Source: Terriglobia bacterium
GTDB lineage: Bacteria; Acidobacteriota; Terriglobia; 20CM-2-55-15
DNA length: 64,000 nucleotides
Direction: 5' to 3'
NCBI GenBank assembly: GCA_965198225.1
Contig: CBDAOY010000007.1
Span: 990,045 to 1,054,044, forward strand
Position 1 is the first letter of the stretch. Each line of letters begins with the position of its first letter. This document shows positions 9,749 through 19,314 of this stretch, piece by piece. The position numbers and the translations under genes are program-made. The notes beneath the pieces were generated by a model. It made no database searches. It had not been told where the DNA came from and saw nothing but the letters and a program-made list of their open reading frames with translations.

Positions 9749-10172
9749 GGCTCGTTTTAGTTACAAGTAGGCCGTTGTCCGTTATTGTGGCAAATGACTC
9801 GTAGCCGTAAGCTGATCGCTGATGGCCAACTGACCGCCGGCCGGCTGCAGGCCATAGCTATCACCGGCCGCATCGCCGCCACGTGCCACAACAACGGCCT
9901 ACGGATAACGACCTACATCACTCCCACCAACTCATCCTGGCCGGGGACCCGGCGGTGAAGGCAGTCCAGAATATGTAATCGTCGTGTCGCATGGTCCGTT
10001 TCGTTACAAGTAGGCCGTTATCCGTAGGCCGTTATTGTGGTAAATGACTCGTGGCCGGAAGCTGATCGCTGATGGCCGACTTACCCGCCGGCCGGCGGCA
10101 GTCTGGCCACGAGCTATCATCGACCGCTTAGCTGGGACGTGCCACAACAACGGCCTACGGATAACGGCCTAC
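9697..10172. repeat. Tandem duplication (2 x ~235 bp, ~85% id) covering the 5' end/start codon of the kinase gene plus upstream region; contains REP-like GGCCGTTATCCGTAGGCC motifs
   Basis: 9697-9918 vs 9941-10172 align, including a degenerate second copy of the ATG region (catggctcg vs catggtccg). Confidence 0.6.
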
Positions 10173-10246
10173 GGCCGCGTCAGCGGCCCAACGGCCTACG
10201 GATAACGACTCACGGCCGCGCCAGCGGCCCAACGGCCTACGCTCAA

Positions 10247-11617
10247 TCACAACTCGTATCTTTGTATCCGCCTGTACAACGCGCTCCGGCTCAACCCCAG
10301 GGCCTTCGCCGCCTGGCTGACGTTGTTGTCGTACCGCGCGAGAGCCTTGCGGATCAGGAACGCTTCGACCTCCTCCAGGCTCATGTCTTCGACCCGGCCC
10401 GCGGTTTCACGGCCATCGTGCAGACCCAGATCGGCCGAGGTGATCATCTCTCCCTGCGCCATCAGGACGGCCCGCTCGATGGCATGGTCCAGTTCACGAA
10501 CGTTACCCGGCCACGGGTGGTCGACGAGGATCGGCAGTGCTGACGGATCGATACCACGAACCGGCTTGCGATACCGTTTTGCGTAGGTGTTCAAGAAGTG
10601 GATCGCCAGTGGCCGTATATCGTCGCGACGGTCTTTGAGGGAGGGCAGGCGAATCTCGATCGTATTCAGTCGAAACAGCAGGTCCGGGCGGAATCGTCCT
10701 TCGGCAGCTTCCTTGACCAGGTTCGCGTTCGTGGCCGACAGGACACGCACGTTCACGTTGCGTGTCTTGGACGAGCCGACGCGTTCCAACTCCCCGGATT
10801 CCAGGACGCGCAGCAGTTTGGCTTGCTGGGTCAGCGGAACGTTGGCGATCTCGTCGAGAAAGAGCGTTCCGCCGTTGGCCAGCTCAAAGCGCCCGACGCG
10901 GTCGGTCTTGGCATCGGTAAAAGCGCCTTTCACGTGTCCGAACAACTCGCTTTCGAAAACACCTTCCGCAAGTCCGCCGACGTTCACCGTGACCATGGTG
11001 TTCGACGCGCGTTCCGACAGCGCGTGGATGGTGCGTGCGACCACTTCCTTGCCGGTTCCGTGTTCACCTGTGATCAGCACGTTGGCGTCGGAGGGCGCAA
11101 TCCGTGTCATCAACTGGAGCACGGGTTGCATCGTAGCGGACTCGGCGATGAAGCTCGGCCGTCCCTCCGCGCGCAGCAATCGGTTCTCCGCTTCGAGTCG
11201 CTGCTCGTTCCGCAACGTTCGGCAGAGTTCGATCTGCGTGCGCACGATCGCCAGGAGGCGGGGGTTTTCCCACGGCTTCTGGATGAAATCCCGGGCCCCA
11301 CGACGCATTGCCTCGACGGCCAGCTCGATCGTACCCCAGGCCGTCATCACGACCACGGGCAGAGTGCTGTCGATGGTGCTGATTTTGGTCAGCAGGTCGA
11401 GTCCCTCCTGCCCGGAGGTGGTGTCCCTGGCGTAATTGAGATCCACGATCGCGACGTCGAAATCGCGCGCTTCGATCGCACTGAGGATACCCGACGGCGT
11501 CGTCGCGGCCTCGGTTCGATACCCTTCAGCCTTCAACAGAAGCCGCAGGGCCTCGAGGACGTCGGACTGATCATCCGCAATCAAGACCTGGGCCGGGGAA
11601 GCGCTTCGGTTTCTCAT
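10247..11617 (-). CDS. Sigma-54-dependent response regulator (REC + AAA+ sigma54-interaction + Fis-type HTH), NtrC family
   Basis: 456 aa; DDQSD..D receiver, GEHGTGKE Walker A, GAFTDA, ESELFGH, C-term HTH. Confidence 0.9.
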   Translation of the reverse strand: MRNRSASPAQVLIADDQSDVLEALRLLLKAEGYRTEAATTPSGILSAIEARDFDVAIVDLNYARDTTSGQEGLDLLTKISTIDSTLPVVVMTAWGTIELAVEAMRRGARDFIQKPWENPRLLAIVRTQIELCRTLRNEQRLEAENRLLRAEGRPSFIAESATMQPVLQLMTRIAPSDANVLITGEHGTGKEVVARTIHALSERASNTMVTVNVGGLAEGVFESELFGHVKGAFTDAKTDRVGRFELANGGTLFLDEIANVPLTQQAKLLRVLESGELERVGSSKTRNVNVRVLSATNANLVKEAAEGRFRPDLLFRLNTIEIRLPSLKDRRDDIRPLAIHFLNTYAKRYRKPVRGIDPSALPILVDHPWPGNVRELDHAIERAVLMAQGEMITSADLGLHDGRETAGRVEDMSLEEVEAFLIRKALARYDNNVSQAAKALGLSRSALYRRIQRYEL

Positions 11618-11763
11618 GGTGTCAATCAGGTGATCCTTAAGGTTTCCCGTTTCGGTCGTCGCACGGTGGCTTCCTTTTGTTTAGATTGTATCTCATTGAT
11701 AAGAATGTCCTTAAACTTTCCGGGAGGGAGGGTGCGTCGAGTGGGGTGTTCAGCGACGACAAC

Positions 11764-11785
11764 GGGTGTTCGAAAACGAACACCC
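11764..11785. promoter_or_regulatory. Palindrome GGGTGTTCG-AAAA-CGAACACCC (9-4-9)
   Basis: Perfect inverted repeat in the 256-bp gap between ABC ATPase gene and the regulator gene. Confidence 0.35.
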
Positions 11786-11798
11786 GATCTCGCGTTCT

Positions 11799-11818
11799 CG
11801 TGTTCGAACCCGAACACG
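11799..11818. promoter_or_regulatory. Palindrome CGTGTTCG-AACC-CGAACACG (8-4-8), same core GTGTTCG-N4-CGAACAC
   Basis: Second copy 13 bp from the first. Confidence 0.35.
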
Positions 11819-11873
11819 CTTTGTCTTTAAGGTTGAGAGCCCAATGCAGCAAGATCGGACCGGGCCAGCAGCC

Positions 11874-12536
11874 CTAATCCCGGACCCACCCGTCGAAGAG
11901 CTGGATGATCCGATCGCCGCAGGCCGCGTTGGACTCGGAGTGAGTGACCTGTATGATAGTCGCCCCTTCGTCGTTCAGTTTCTTGAACAGCTCCATGATT
12001 TCGCGGCCCTGGCTGGAGTGCAGGTTGCCAGTTGGCTCGTCGGCGAGGATAACCTTCGGATCGGCGATCACGGCGCGCGCAACGGCGACGAGTTGCTGTT
12101 GACCGCCTGAGAGCTGGTTCGGGAAGAGGTCCTTCTTGCCGACCATCTGAAAACGGTCGAGCGCGTCGGCGACGATGGCCTGGCGTTCGCTACGTTTGAT
12201 GTTCCGGTAGGAGAGGGGAATGTCCAGGTTCTCGGCCACCGTCAGGCTGTCGAGCAGATGGTACTGCTGGAACACGAAGCCGATGTATTGCTTGTTCAGC
12301 TCGACTCGCTGCTTGGGTTTCATGCGGTGGACGGCGTTTTCCAGGAAGAAGAACTCTCCCTGCCAGGAACTGTCGAGCATGCCGAGTATCGCCAGGATCG
12401 TGGACTTGCCGGCCCCGGACGGTCCCATGACCGTCACGAACTCCCCTTGCTTGATGTCCAGATTGATCCGGCGCAGGACGTATGTTCGCCCGGCGCGCGT
12501 GTCGTAGAACTTTTCGAGATTTCGCAGTTGAATCAT
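11874..12536 (-). CDS. ABC transporter ATP-binding protein (MacB/LolD-type, soluble)
   Basis: 220 aa; GPSGAGKST Walker A, LSGGQQQ signature, ILADEPTGNL Walker B. Confidence 0.9.
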   Translation of the reverse strand: MIQLRNLEKFYDTRAGRTYVLRRINLDIKQGEFVTVMGPSGAGKSTILAILGMLDSSWQGEFFFLENAVHRMKPKQRVELNKQYIGFVFQQYHLLDSLTVAENLDIPLSYRNIKRSERQAIVADALDRFQMVGKKDLFPNQLSGGQQQLVAVARAVIADPKVILADEPTGNLHSSQGREIMELFKKLNDEGATIIQVTHSESNAACGDRIIQLFDGWVRD

Positions 12537-12549
12537 TCAGGGGGCGAAC

Positions 12550-13251
12550 CTACTCGCCCGCACCGATGCTTTCTTCGACGATGGCGCCGTCGAAGAGGTG
12601 GATTTCCCGTTCCGCGTAGCGCGCATACCGCGGGTCGTGCGTCACCATGCAGATCGTCGCGCCTTCCCGGTGGAGGCCGCGCATCAGATCCATGACCGCT
12701 TCACCGTTCTTGGAATCGAGGTTTCCAGTCGGCTCATCCGCCAGCAGGATCGAGGGTGTTCCACCCAAGGCGCGAGCCACCGCGACCCGCTGCTGCTGAC
12801 CACCCGACAACTGCGACGGGTAGTGCTTCATCCGGTGGGCCATCTCGACCTTGTCGAGCGCTTCCTGGACGGCCTTCTTCCGTTCGCTCGAGGGCATCCC
12901 GCGGTAGGTCAGAGGCAGTTCCACGTTTTCATAAACGGTGAGGTCGCCGATGAGGTTGAACGCCTGGAAGATGAAACCGACCTCCCGGTTTCGGATCCGC
13001 GCTCTCTCCGACAGAGACAGGTCAGCGACGGCTTTTCCGCTGAGCCAGTATTCGCCTTCTGTGGGCGAATCCAACAGACCCAGGATCGAAAGCAGCGTCG
13101 ATTTACCACAACCCGACGGGCCGGAAATCGACACGTACTCGCCCTTGTTGATGTTCAGGTGAATCCCCGCCAGCGCGTGAGTCTCCACTTCGTCGGTGTA
13201 GAAGATCTTTTTCACATCCTCCATCTGAATTACCGCTTGCTGCTCTGTCAT
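12550..13251 (-). CDS. ABC transporter ATP-binding protein (MacB/LolD-type, soluble), second tandem copy
   Basis: 233 aa; [35 protein letters not shown]. Confidence 0.9.
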   Translation of the reverse strand: MTEQQAVIQMEDVKKIFYTDEVETHALAGIHLNINKGEYVSISGPSGCGKSTLLSILGLLDSPTEGEYWLSGKAVADLSLSERARIRNREVGFIFQAFNLIGDLTVYENVELPLTYRGMPSSERKKAVQEALDKVEMAHRMKHYPSQLSGGQQQRVAVARALGGTPSILLADEPTGNLDSKNGEAVMDLMRGLHREGATICMVTHDPRYARYAEREIHLFDGAIVEESIGAGE

Positions 13252-13309
13252 TCTTCTCTCCTGCGCTCAATGATGATTTCGATTCTTGTGACGCAACCCT
13301 TTTCTCTGA

Positions 13310-14560
13310 TCAATTCAGTTGGACGCGATCGAACGCATCCCAGGCAGACATGTCGGAGAGGATCACTTCGTCTCCAACGTTGAGCCCCTGGACGATCTCC
13401 ATCGTGCTTACCGACGTCCGGCCCAGCCGGACCTGTGTCCGGACGGCTTCACCGTCAATGCCGAGCCTGAAGATCCCAACCAGGCTGTTTGCCTGTCCGT
13501 ACGCCGGCCGTCCGACGTAGAGGACATCTTCCAGGCGTTCGATCTCGACCGTGCCATCGACACTCAAGTCCGGGCGGGCTCCGCGGGGCAACTCCCCGTC
13601 GAGCCTGACGTCCACTTTGACCGTTCCGTTCAGCACCGCCGGGTCGATCCGGATCACCGTGCCGGGGATGACCCCGTTCCGGGTGTCGATGGAGGCAAAC
13701 TGCCCGACCTGGATGTCCTTGGCCTGAGTCTCTGCGATGTTCAGTTCGGCTTTGAGCTTTCCGGGTTCGGCCACTCGCGCGATCCGGCTGCCCGGCGAGA
13801 GGCGGTCACCGACCTCGATCGGAACCTGTTGCAGCACGCCGTGGATTCCGGCACGTACCCTCAGTTTTTCCAGCTCAGTCAGCCGGAGCTCGTATAGAGC
13901 ATTCAACTGTTCGATGCGGGCTTCCTGCGCTGCCAGCTGAGCTTCGGCGGCCTGCGAAGCGATTTCCAACCGCTGCCCCTCCAGCTTGAGCCGTTCGCTG
14001 AGCTGCTCGGCGTCGACGCGCGACTTGTTCAAGTTCAGTTCCGCGATCAAGCCCTCTTTTGCCAGCTCGGCATCGGCTTCATATTGCAGCCTGGCGCTGT
14101 TGGCCTGGCCTTCGATTGCAGCGGCCCCGGCCCGCTGGGTCAGCAGGTTGCTCTGAAGCTGGACCCGCAGGTTGGCCAGTTCGGCCTCAGCGACGCGGAT
14201 CTGGAGCGCGACGTCCAGCGTGGTCTGTTCCAGGTCGGGGTTGCTCAGCTCAACCACAACCGTCGCCGGGTCGACCGTGACGCCCGGCAGGACGACGATT
14301 CGTTCCACGAGTCCTTCCGTCGTGGCGGCGATCCACCGAATTTCCTCGGGCACGAGTTTGCCGAGTCCCCGAACCTGGCGGAGCATCTCACCTCGTTCCA
14401 CGGTGTCGATGTACACGGTCGCGCGATCGACCCGTGGCGCCGCCGGCTTCAATCGGGACAGACCCAGGGTGATGCCGGAACCGACAAGGATCACCAGCGT
14501 TCCATAGACGATGCGCTTGATCCGCTTCTTTCTGGCTTGAGATGGGCGGGGTTTATCCAT
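13310..14560 (-). CDS. HlyD-family periplasmic adaptor / membrane fusion protein
   Basis: 416 aa; N-term TM, long coiled-coil, beta-barrel/lipoyl region typical of MacA/HlyD adaptors. Confidence 0.85.
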   Translation of the reverse strand: MDKPRPSQARKKRIKRIVYGTLVILVGSGITLGLSRLKPAAPRVDRATVYIDTVERGEMLRQVRGLGKLVPEEIRWIAATTEGLVERIVVLPGVTVDPATVVVELSNPDLEQTTLDVALQIRVAEAELANLRVQLQSNLLTQRAGAAAIEGQANSARLQYEADAELAKEGLIAELNLNKSRVDAEQLSERLKLEGQRLEIASQAAEAQLAAQEARIEQLNALYELRLTELEKLRVRAGIHGVLQQVPIEVGDRLSPGSRIARVAEPGKLKAELNIAETQAKDIQVGQFASIDTRNGVIPGTVIRIDPAVLNGTVKVDVRLDGELPRGARPDLSVDGTVEIERLEDVLYVGRPAYGQANSLVGIFRLGIDGEAVRTQVRLGRTSVSTMEIVQGLNVGDEVILSDMSAWDAFDRVQLN

Positions 14561-14723
14561 AAGTCCTCCGATGGTGGATATGCGAATCGCGTTCCAGTCT
14601 GCTGTTTCTGTTAAGTCTATCTGTTTTCATCACTTCCACTTCGTCGAATCCACTAAACCAGGACGCAAGGTGTTCGCTTCTGGGATTGCATTCAGCGAAA
14701 GCGAACGTGTTCACAACCTCGTC

Positions 14724-16436
14724 CTACTGCTGTCCAGCCACTCCCCGGGTTTGCACACTCGCCAGCGAGGGGCGTAACTGCTGCTCGATCTGGATATTGT
14801 TCCGTTCTAGCGTCCGACCCACGGCGCGGTCATAGGACACCACGGCCTTGACGTAATCGACGAGGGACCGGATTTCGGTCGTTTGCGCCTGGGTCAGGTT
14901 CCGCTGCTCCTGCAGCACGAAACGGATCGCCGATGCACCCAATCGGAATTTTCGCTGTTCGGCATCCAGGCGCCGCTCGGCCAGTTCCCTGGCGATCTGC
15001 GCCGCATCGATCCGGGCACGGTTCATCTCGATCTGGTTGTAGGCGTCCCGGACCTCGGTGGCGATCGCCTGCGCGGTTGCGGCCATACGCGATTCGTTGA
15101 GCCGCTTTTGGGTGGTCAACCGCGAATGGTTGGCCTTAGCCGACTTGTTGCTCAACGGAATCTGGAGCGAGAAGCCTACGGAGTAGCCAGTGAAGTCGAA
15201 GCCAAAGATGTCTTCGAACGCACCGCCGATTCCGCCGGGGACCTGTATCACCGAACCCGTGGGTTCTCCGAACACGTTGCCGCGAAGATTCCTCGTTCCG
15301 CCCAATCCGCTCTGAGTGTAGGATGCGCTGACATCCAACTGCGGCAGCAGCTGATTCTTAGCGAACGCGAGGTCGATATCGTTGTTCTGGACCTGCAGGT
15401 CGATCTGTCGCATTTCGGGCCGATTCAGCAGCGCCAGCCGAATCGCCTCCTCGACCGGCAGGATCTGGTCCTCGCGGCGTCCGCGGACATCTTCGATCGG
15501 ATTCAGCGACATCAGGACCAGAGCGGGATCGGGAACCCGGCTGACCATCTTCTTGATGCTGTCCTCGATCCGGGTTTTGGAGTAGTTCGCCAGAACCAGC
15601 CCCTCGCGACGGCTGGCCACCTCCGATTCCGCCTGAACGACTTCGATCGGTGCAAGGGTACCGATCTCGACCTGCTTGCGGTTGTCGTCGAGCGTACGCT
15701 GGGCCAGTTGCAGGGACTCTTGCTGGACCTTGATATCCTCCAGTGAGAAGACGAGGTCCCAGTAGAGGTTGTGAGCCTGGGTTACGAGGTCCATGACCTG
15801 CATTTCAAATTGAATCTCGGAAATATTCAGATTGTTCCGGGCGATCCGAATCTGGTTGGTGTTGTTGAGCCGGCCGAAGTTCCTCAACAGCGGCTGCGAG
15901 AACGAGTACTGCAGGCTGCCGAAGTAGGAGGGGTTTACCGAACTGAACAGGCTGTTGGTCGAACTTCGGTTCATCTGGAACCGCACCTGGTACGACGTTC
16001 CATGTTCGAGGAAGTGGTTGTACGTCACGGCGTAGTTTCCGCCCAGCCTCGAATTGGATGCCGCACCGTCCAGCGCGGATCCTGACGGCGTCGTGTTGCG
16101 GTTTATGTTGCCCGACAGCGTGAGCGTCGGATCAAACCGCCCGTAAAGCGTGTTGATCAGGTATTCCGTGGTCAACGGCGAAAAACGGTTCACACCGATG
16201 TCCATGTTGTTTTCCAGCATGAGCCGGATGACATCGTTCACCGAGAGAGGCAGGCCGCCATCCTGCTGGACCATTGCAACCAGCGATGCCGGTGGCGCGT
16301 CGGTTGTTTCCAGGGCAGCCAGACCGATTTGCGGCGGCCGGTACCGATCCAGGAAACCGGTCACCCAGTTCTGTGCGGAGGCGGTGGAACCCAGCAGCAG
16401 TACCCAGAGGGCGACCAAAGTCACATATTTTTTCAT
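14724..16436 (-). CDS. TolC-family outer membrane efflux protein
   Basis: Signal peptide MKKYVTLVALWVLLLGSTASA preceded by AGGAG RBS; two TolC repeat halves; ORF-track start 16481 likely too far upstream. Confidence 0.85.
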   Translation of the reverse strand: MKKYVTLVALWVLLLGSTASAQNWVTGFLDRYRPPQIGLAALETTDAPPASLVAMVQQDGGLPLSVNDVIRLMLENNMDIGVNRFSPLTTEYLINTLYGRFDPTLTLSGNINRNTTPSGSALDGAASNSRLGGNYAVTYNHFLEHGTSYQVRFQMNRSSTNSLFSSVNPSYFGSLQYSFSQPLLRNFGRLNNTNQIRIARNNLNISEIQFEMQVMDLVTQAHNLYWDLVFSLEDIKVQQESLQLAQRTLDDNRKQVEIGTLAPIEVVQAESEVASRREGLVLANYSKTRIEDSIKKMVSRVPDPALVLMSLNPIEDVRGRREDQILPVEEAIRLALLNRPEMRQIDLQVQNNDIDLAFAKNQLLPQLDVSASYTQSGLGGTRNLRGNVFGEPTGSVIQVPGGIGGAFEDIFGFDFTGYSVGFSLQIPLSNKSAKANHSRLTTQKRLNESRMAATAQAIATEVRDAYNQIEMNRARIDAAQIARELAERRLDAEQRKFRLGASAIRFVLQEQRNLTQAQTTEIRSLVDYVKAVVSYDRAVGRTLERNNIQIEQQLRPSLASVQTRGVAGQQ

Positions 16437-16589
16437 TGAGATACTCCTAGGAACTCGTGCAATAAGGTGCGTCTTAATCAATCATCAAGCTCTTACGCCG
16501 CGGACGGGCGATCCGTTACGTCCGGAGGGCCTATTTAAAAGAAGTTAACAACATTCGCGACCGAATTCCACTGCCCCGGGGGTTTCTCC

Positions 16590-17387
16590 CTACAGGCCAC
16601 TGGACCGGCGCAGCCGGATCGCTCCGTTCACTGTCTTGAGGCGGAGATCCCGTCCGCCGTTTCCGATCGTCCCGTTCAGCCGTCGGCTTCCGAAGCGTCC
16701 CGACACGGTCATCGGGAAATCGCTGGAAATTCCGCCGTTCAGAGTTTCGGCCCGGACGTCTGCGTTGGTGTTGTCTGGGAGTTCAACCGTGATGCGACCG
16801 TTGACGGTTTCGAAAGTCAGGTCGTCCTGCCAGTCGCTCCGTCCCATCGAAACATCGATCGATCCGTTCACGGTCTTTGCCTGAACCAGCCCGGTGGCCG
16901 ATACCTCGACCTGGCCGTTTACGGTGTAGGCCTCGACGTCACCGTCGATCGAGTTGGCCTCGACACCGCCGTTCACGTTGCGTCCGATGAAACGTACACC
17001 CGCCGGAACCCGGACCGTGAAGTCCACTTCCACATCGTTGTCGTGCGTGTTCATGCGGCCGTCTGTGCCGGGTCTGCAATCGTTGGCTCGATCAGAGTTC
17101 CGACTCGGGTATACCGCGCAGATCGTGACGCCGTCGTCGTGCTCTATCGTCTCGATCTGGACAGAGTCGACGTCGCTACGGCGCGAGCTCTTGTTTGCGA
17201 CGACCTGCACCTGATTGCCCGATGCGGATGACGCTTCGACCTTACCGTTGATACCTTTGATTTCGATCGCTTTGCCGGCTGCGATCGTTCCTTCCCATTC
17301 GAAGCGTTCCTGTGCGAACGCGGATGGAATGCCGATGGTGGTGGCCATTCCCAGGACCAGGGCGGTTCGAGTCAGTGTCTGGTACAT
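16590..17387 (-). CDS. DUF4097-like putative adhesin / beta-strand repeat protein, secreted
   Basis: Signal peptide MYQTLTRTALVLGMATTIGIPSAFA after AAGGAGAG RBS; repeated VNG.I.V motif. Confidence 0.7.
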   Translation of the reverse strand: MYQTLTRTALVLGMATTIGIPSAFAQERFEWEGTIAAGKAIEIKGINGKVEASSASGNQVQVVANKSSRRSDVDSVQIETIEHDDGVTICAVYPSRNSDRANDCRPGTDGRMNTHDNDVEVDFTVRVPAGVRFIGRNVNGGVEANSIDGDVEAYTVNGQVEVSATGLVQAKTVNGSIDVSMGRSDWQDDLTFETVNGRITVELPDNTNADVRAETLNGGISSDFPMTVSGRFGSRRLNGTIGNGGRDLRLKTVNGAIRLRRSSGL

Positions 17388-17705
17388 TTCTCTCTCCTTC
17401 ACGATATTGAGTGCACTTACGGGCAGGGTTACCCGAATGTTCAATACCGTCCACCAGTCCATCGGTTACGCCCGGTTCGGGATTCGCGAGTGCGATCGGT
17501 CGCAAATCGTCGTCCGGTCGCCTGCATGCTCGCATGCGCATCTCCCGTTCCATCGTTCCGATTCACGTAATTCGTTGAAAGCAATACGGCAATGGTTCAC
17601 CCGCGGGTGATGCCCCGCTGTCCCCGTGCCCGTCTGTGGGACGGCCGGTCCGAAAACGAACAGTGGAGTCGAGCAGGGCTGAATTCAGTCTGACGGACGC
17701 GGCGT

Positions 17706-18170
17706 TTACCGGCGCTCGCGAAAAAAGCGCTGCAGGAGATCCCTACATTCGACCCCGCGGACCCCTCCGAGCACTTCAATGCGGTGGTTCAGTCTCGCGT
17801 CGCGGGGCAGGTCGTAGAGCGATCCTGCCGCCCCCGCCTTGGGGTCGGACGCCCCGAACACGAGGCGATCGATCCGGGCGTGCGTCATCGCTCCGGCGCA
17901 CATCGGGCAGGGCTCCAACGTCACATAAAGGATCGTGCGTGCGAGCCGATAGTTGTCCAGCCGGTCGGACGCTTCGCGTATGGCGTTGATTTCGGCATGA
18001 GCCGTAGGATCTTTCAAACCTATCGGACAGTTGCGACCGCGTCCGACGACCTCTCCATCACGAACCACGATGGCGCCGATCGGGACTTCCCCGGCGTTCC
18101 CGGCTTCTTCGGCGAGCCCGAGTGCCAGTCCCATGAAATAGGGGTCATCGGATTGTCGGTCTGGAGGCAT
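17706..18170 (-). CDS. tadA: tRNA-specific adenosine deaminase
   Basis: 154 aa; HAEINAIR and PCPMCAGA zinc-binding CDA motifs. Confidence 0.85.
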   Translation of the reverse strand: MPPDRQSDDPYFMGLALGLAEEAGNAGEVPIGAIVVRDGEVVGRGRNCPIGLKDPTAHAEINAIREASDRLDNYRLARTILYVTLEPCPMCAGAMTHARIDRLVFGASDPKAGAAGSLYDLPRDARLNHRIEVLGGVRGVECRDLLQRFFRERR

Positions 18171-18191
18171 GATTGCAGTAGAATCTAATCA

Positions 18192-19139
18192 ATGCGTCGT
18201 TTTGTGCTGATGGTAACACTCCTGGTCTTTGCCGCTCCGCTTTCGGCCCAGGGCATCCGGATGACTCCGGATTTTCTGCCCCTGGAAGTCGGAAACGTCT
18301 GGCGCTATGCCGTGACCGACCCGGATGGAGCGACGCTTGACGAGTTCACGATGGAGATCCGACAGCACACCATCGTGGAGGGGAAGAGCCTCTATGTCTT
18401 CACCCAGTTCCCGCTCGCACCCGGAATCGACGGGGGTGTCCCCGTGGGAGTGCGTCACGATCGAAACCTGCGCCAGTACAAGCGTTTTGACGGGGAGCTC
18501 GAAGAAGATCTGTTCCCCTCGGCCGGCGCTTCGACCGAGGTCCTCGAAAGAGACGCAAACGGGTTGCCCTTGAGGGTTGTGTTCGACTTCAGCCCGGGCC
18601 GGCTGACACTGGAGCGGGGCGTCGGCATCGTCGGGGCGGAGGCCGGGCTTCAGGTGATCAAGCTGGTCGGAGCTCGCGTAGGCGCGGTCGCGATCGGCGA
18701 GGTCGTTACGCGATCCCCGGGTCCGCAGGAGACCGCGCGGCCCGATTACCGGGACAACGTCGTCCCGATCACCGAGGAAAACCCGATGCTGGAGGTCGAA
18801 ACCGTCCAGGACGGAGACGGCCATCGCTTTCTGCTCCGGGTCCGGAACACGTCAGACAAGTTGTTGCCTTTTGATTTTTCTTCGAGCCAGAGCTTCGATT
18901 TCGTCGTGGTCGACCCAACCCACGGGCAGGAGATCTGGCGTTGGTCGCGCCGGATGTTCTTTTCCAAGGTCATCCGCAGCGAGGCGATTCGGGCACGTGG
19001 CGAGTGGGTGTTCGAAGCCGTATGGAATCATCGCGACGACAGCATGAACGAAGTCGAGCCCGGTACTTATCAGGTCTTCGCCGTCCTGACTGCTGAAACC
19101 CCTATCGAATCGGAAGCCTTCGACATCGAGGTCCCGTAG
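18192..19139 (+). CDS. Secreted hypothetical protein with C-terminal BsuPI-like (proteinase-inhibitor beta-sandwich) domain
   Basis: Signal peptide; C-terminal FDFSSSQSFDFVVVD..GQEIWRWS..GTYQVFAVL resembles BsuPI fold. Confidence 0.55.
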   Translation: MRRFVLMVTLLVFAAPLSAQGIRMTPDFLPLEVGNVWRYAVTDPDGATLDEFTMEIRQHTIVEGKSLYVFTQFPLAPGIDGGVPVGVRHDRNLRQYKRFDGELEEDLFPSAGASTEVLERDANGLPLRVVFDFSPGRLTLERGVGIVGAEAGLQVIKLVGARVGAVAIGEVVTRSPGPQETARPDYRDNVVPITEENPMLEVETVQDGDGHRFLLRVRNTSDKLLPFDFSSSQSFDFVVVDPTHGQEIWRWSRRMFFSKVIRSEAIRARGEWVFEAVWNHRDDSMNEVEPGTYQVFAVLTAETPIESEAFDIEVP

Positions 19140-19168
19140 CCCGGACTCCCAGACAATTGGGACAATTC

Positions 19169-19241
19169 GGGGACGGAGACCGAATTCGTGGGGTCCGTAA
19201 CCGAACGGTTTAATGGTCCGGGTAATTCGGTCTCCGTCCCC
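19169..19241. repeat. 18-bp perfect inverted repeat GGGGACGGAGACCGAATT / AATTCGGTCTCCGTCCCC with 37-bp loop
   Basis: Intergenic between 19139 and 19315; preceded by direct repeat GACAATTGG GACAATTCGG. Confidence 0.5.
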
Positions 19242-19314
19242 GATCTCAACGCTTCGATCGTGGCCTTGGCGTATTCGGGTGAGAAATGCGCGGCAGCGTC
19301 TATACTGATCGCCG

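Noticed and set aside
11640-11720. Possible sigma-54 promoter (TGGC..TTGT) near the regulator gene
   Set aside because: The spacing is off by one, the -12 element is GT rather than GC, and it lies on the wrong strand for the operon, so it is not supportable.
10598-11830. 410-aa + ORF (and 10587..11435 +)
   Set aside because: It is antisense to the sigma-54 regulator gene and has no domains.
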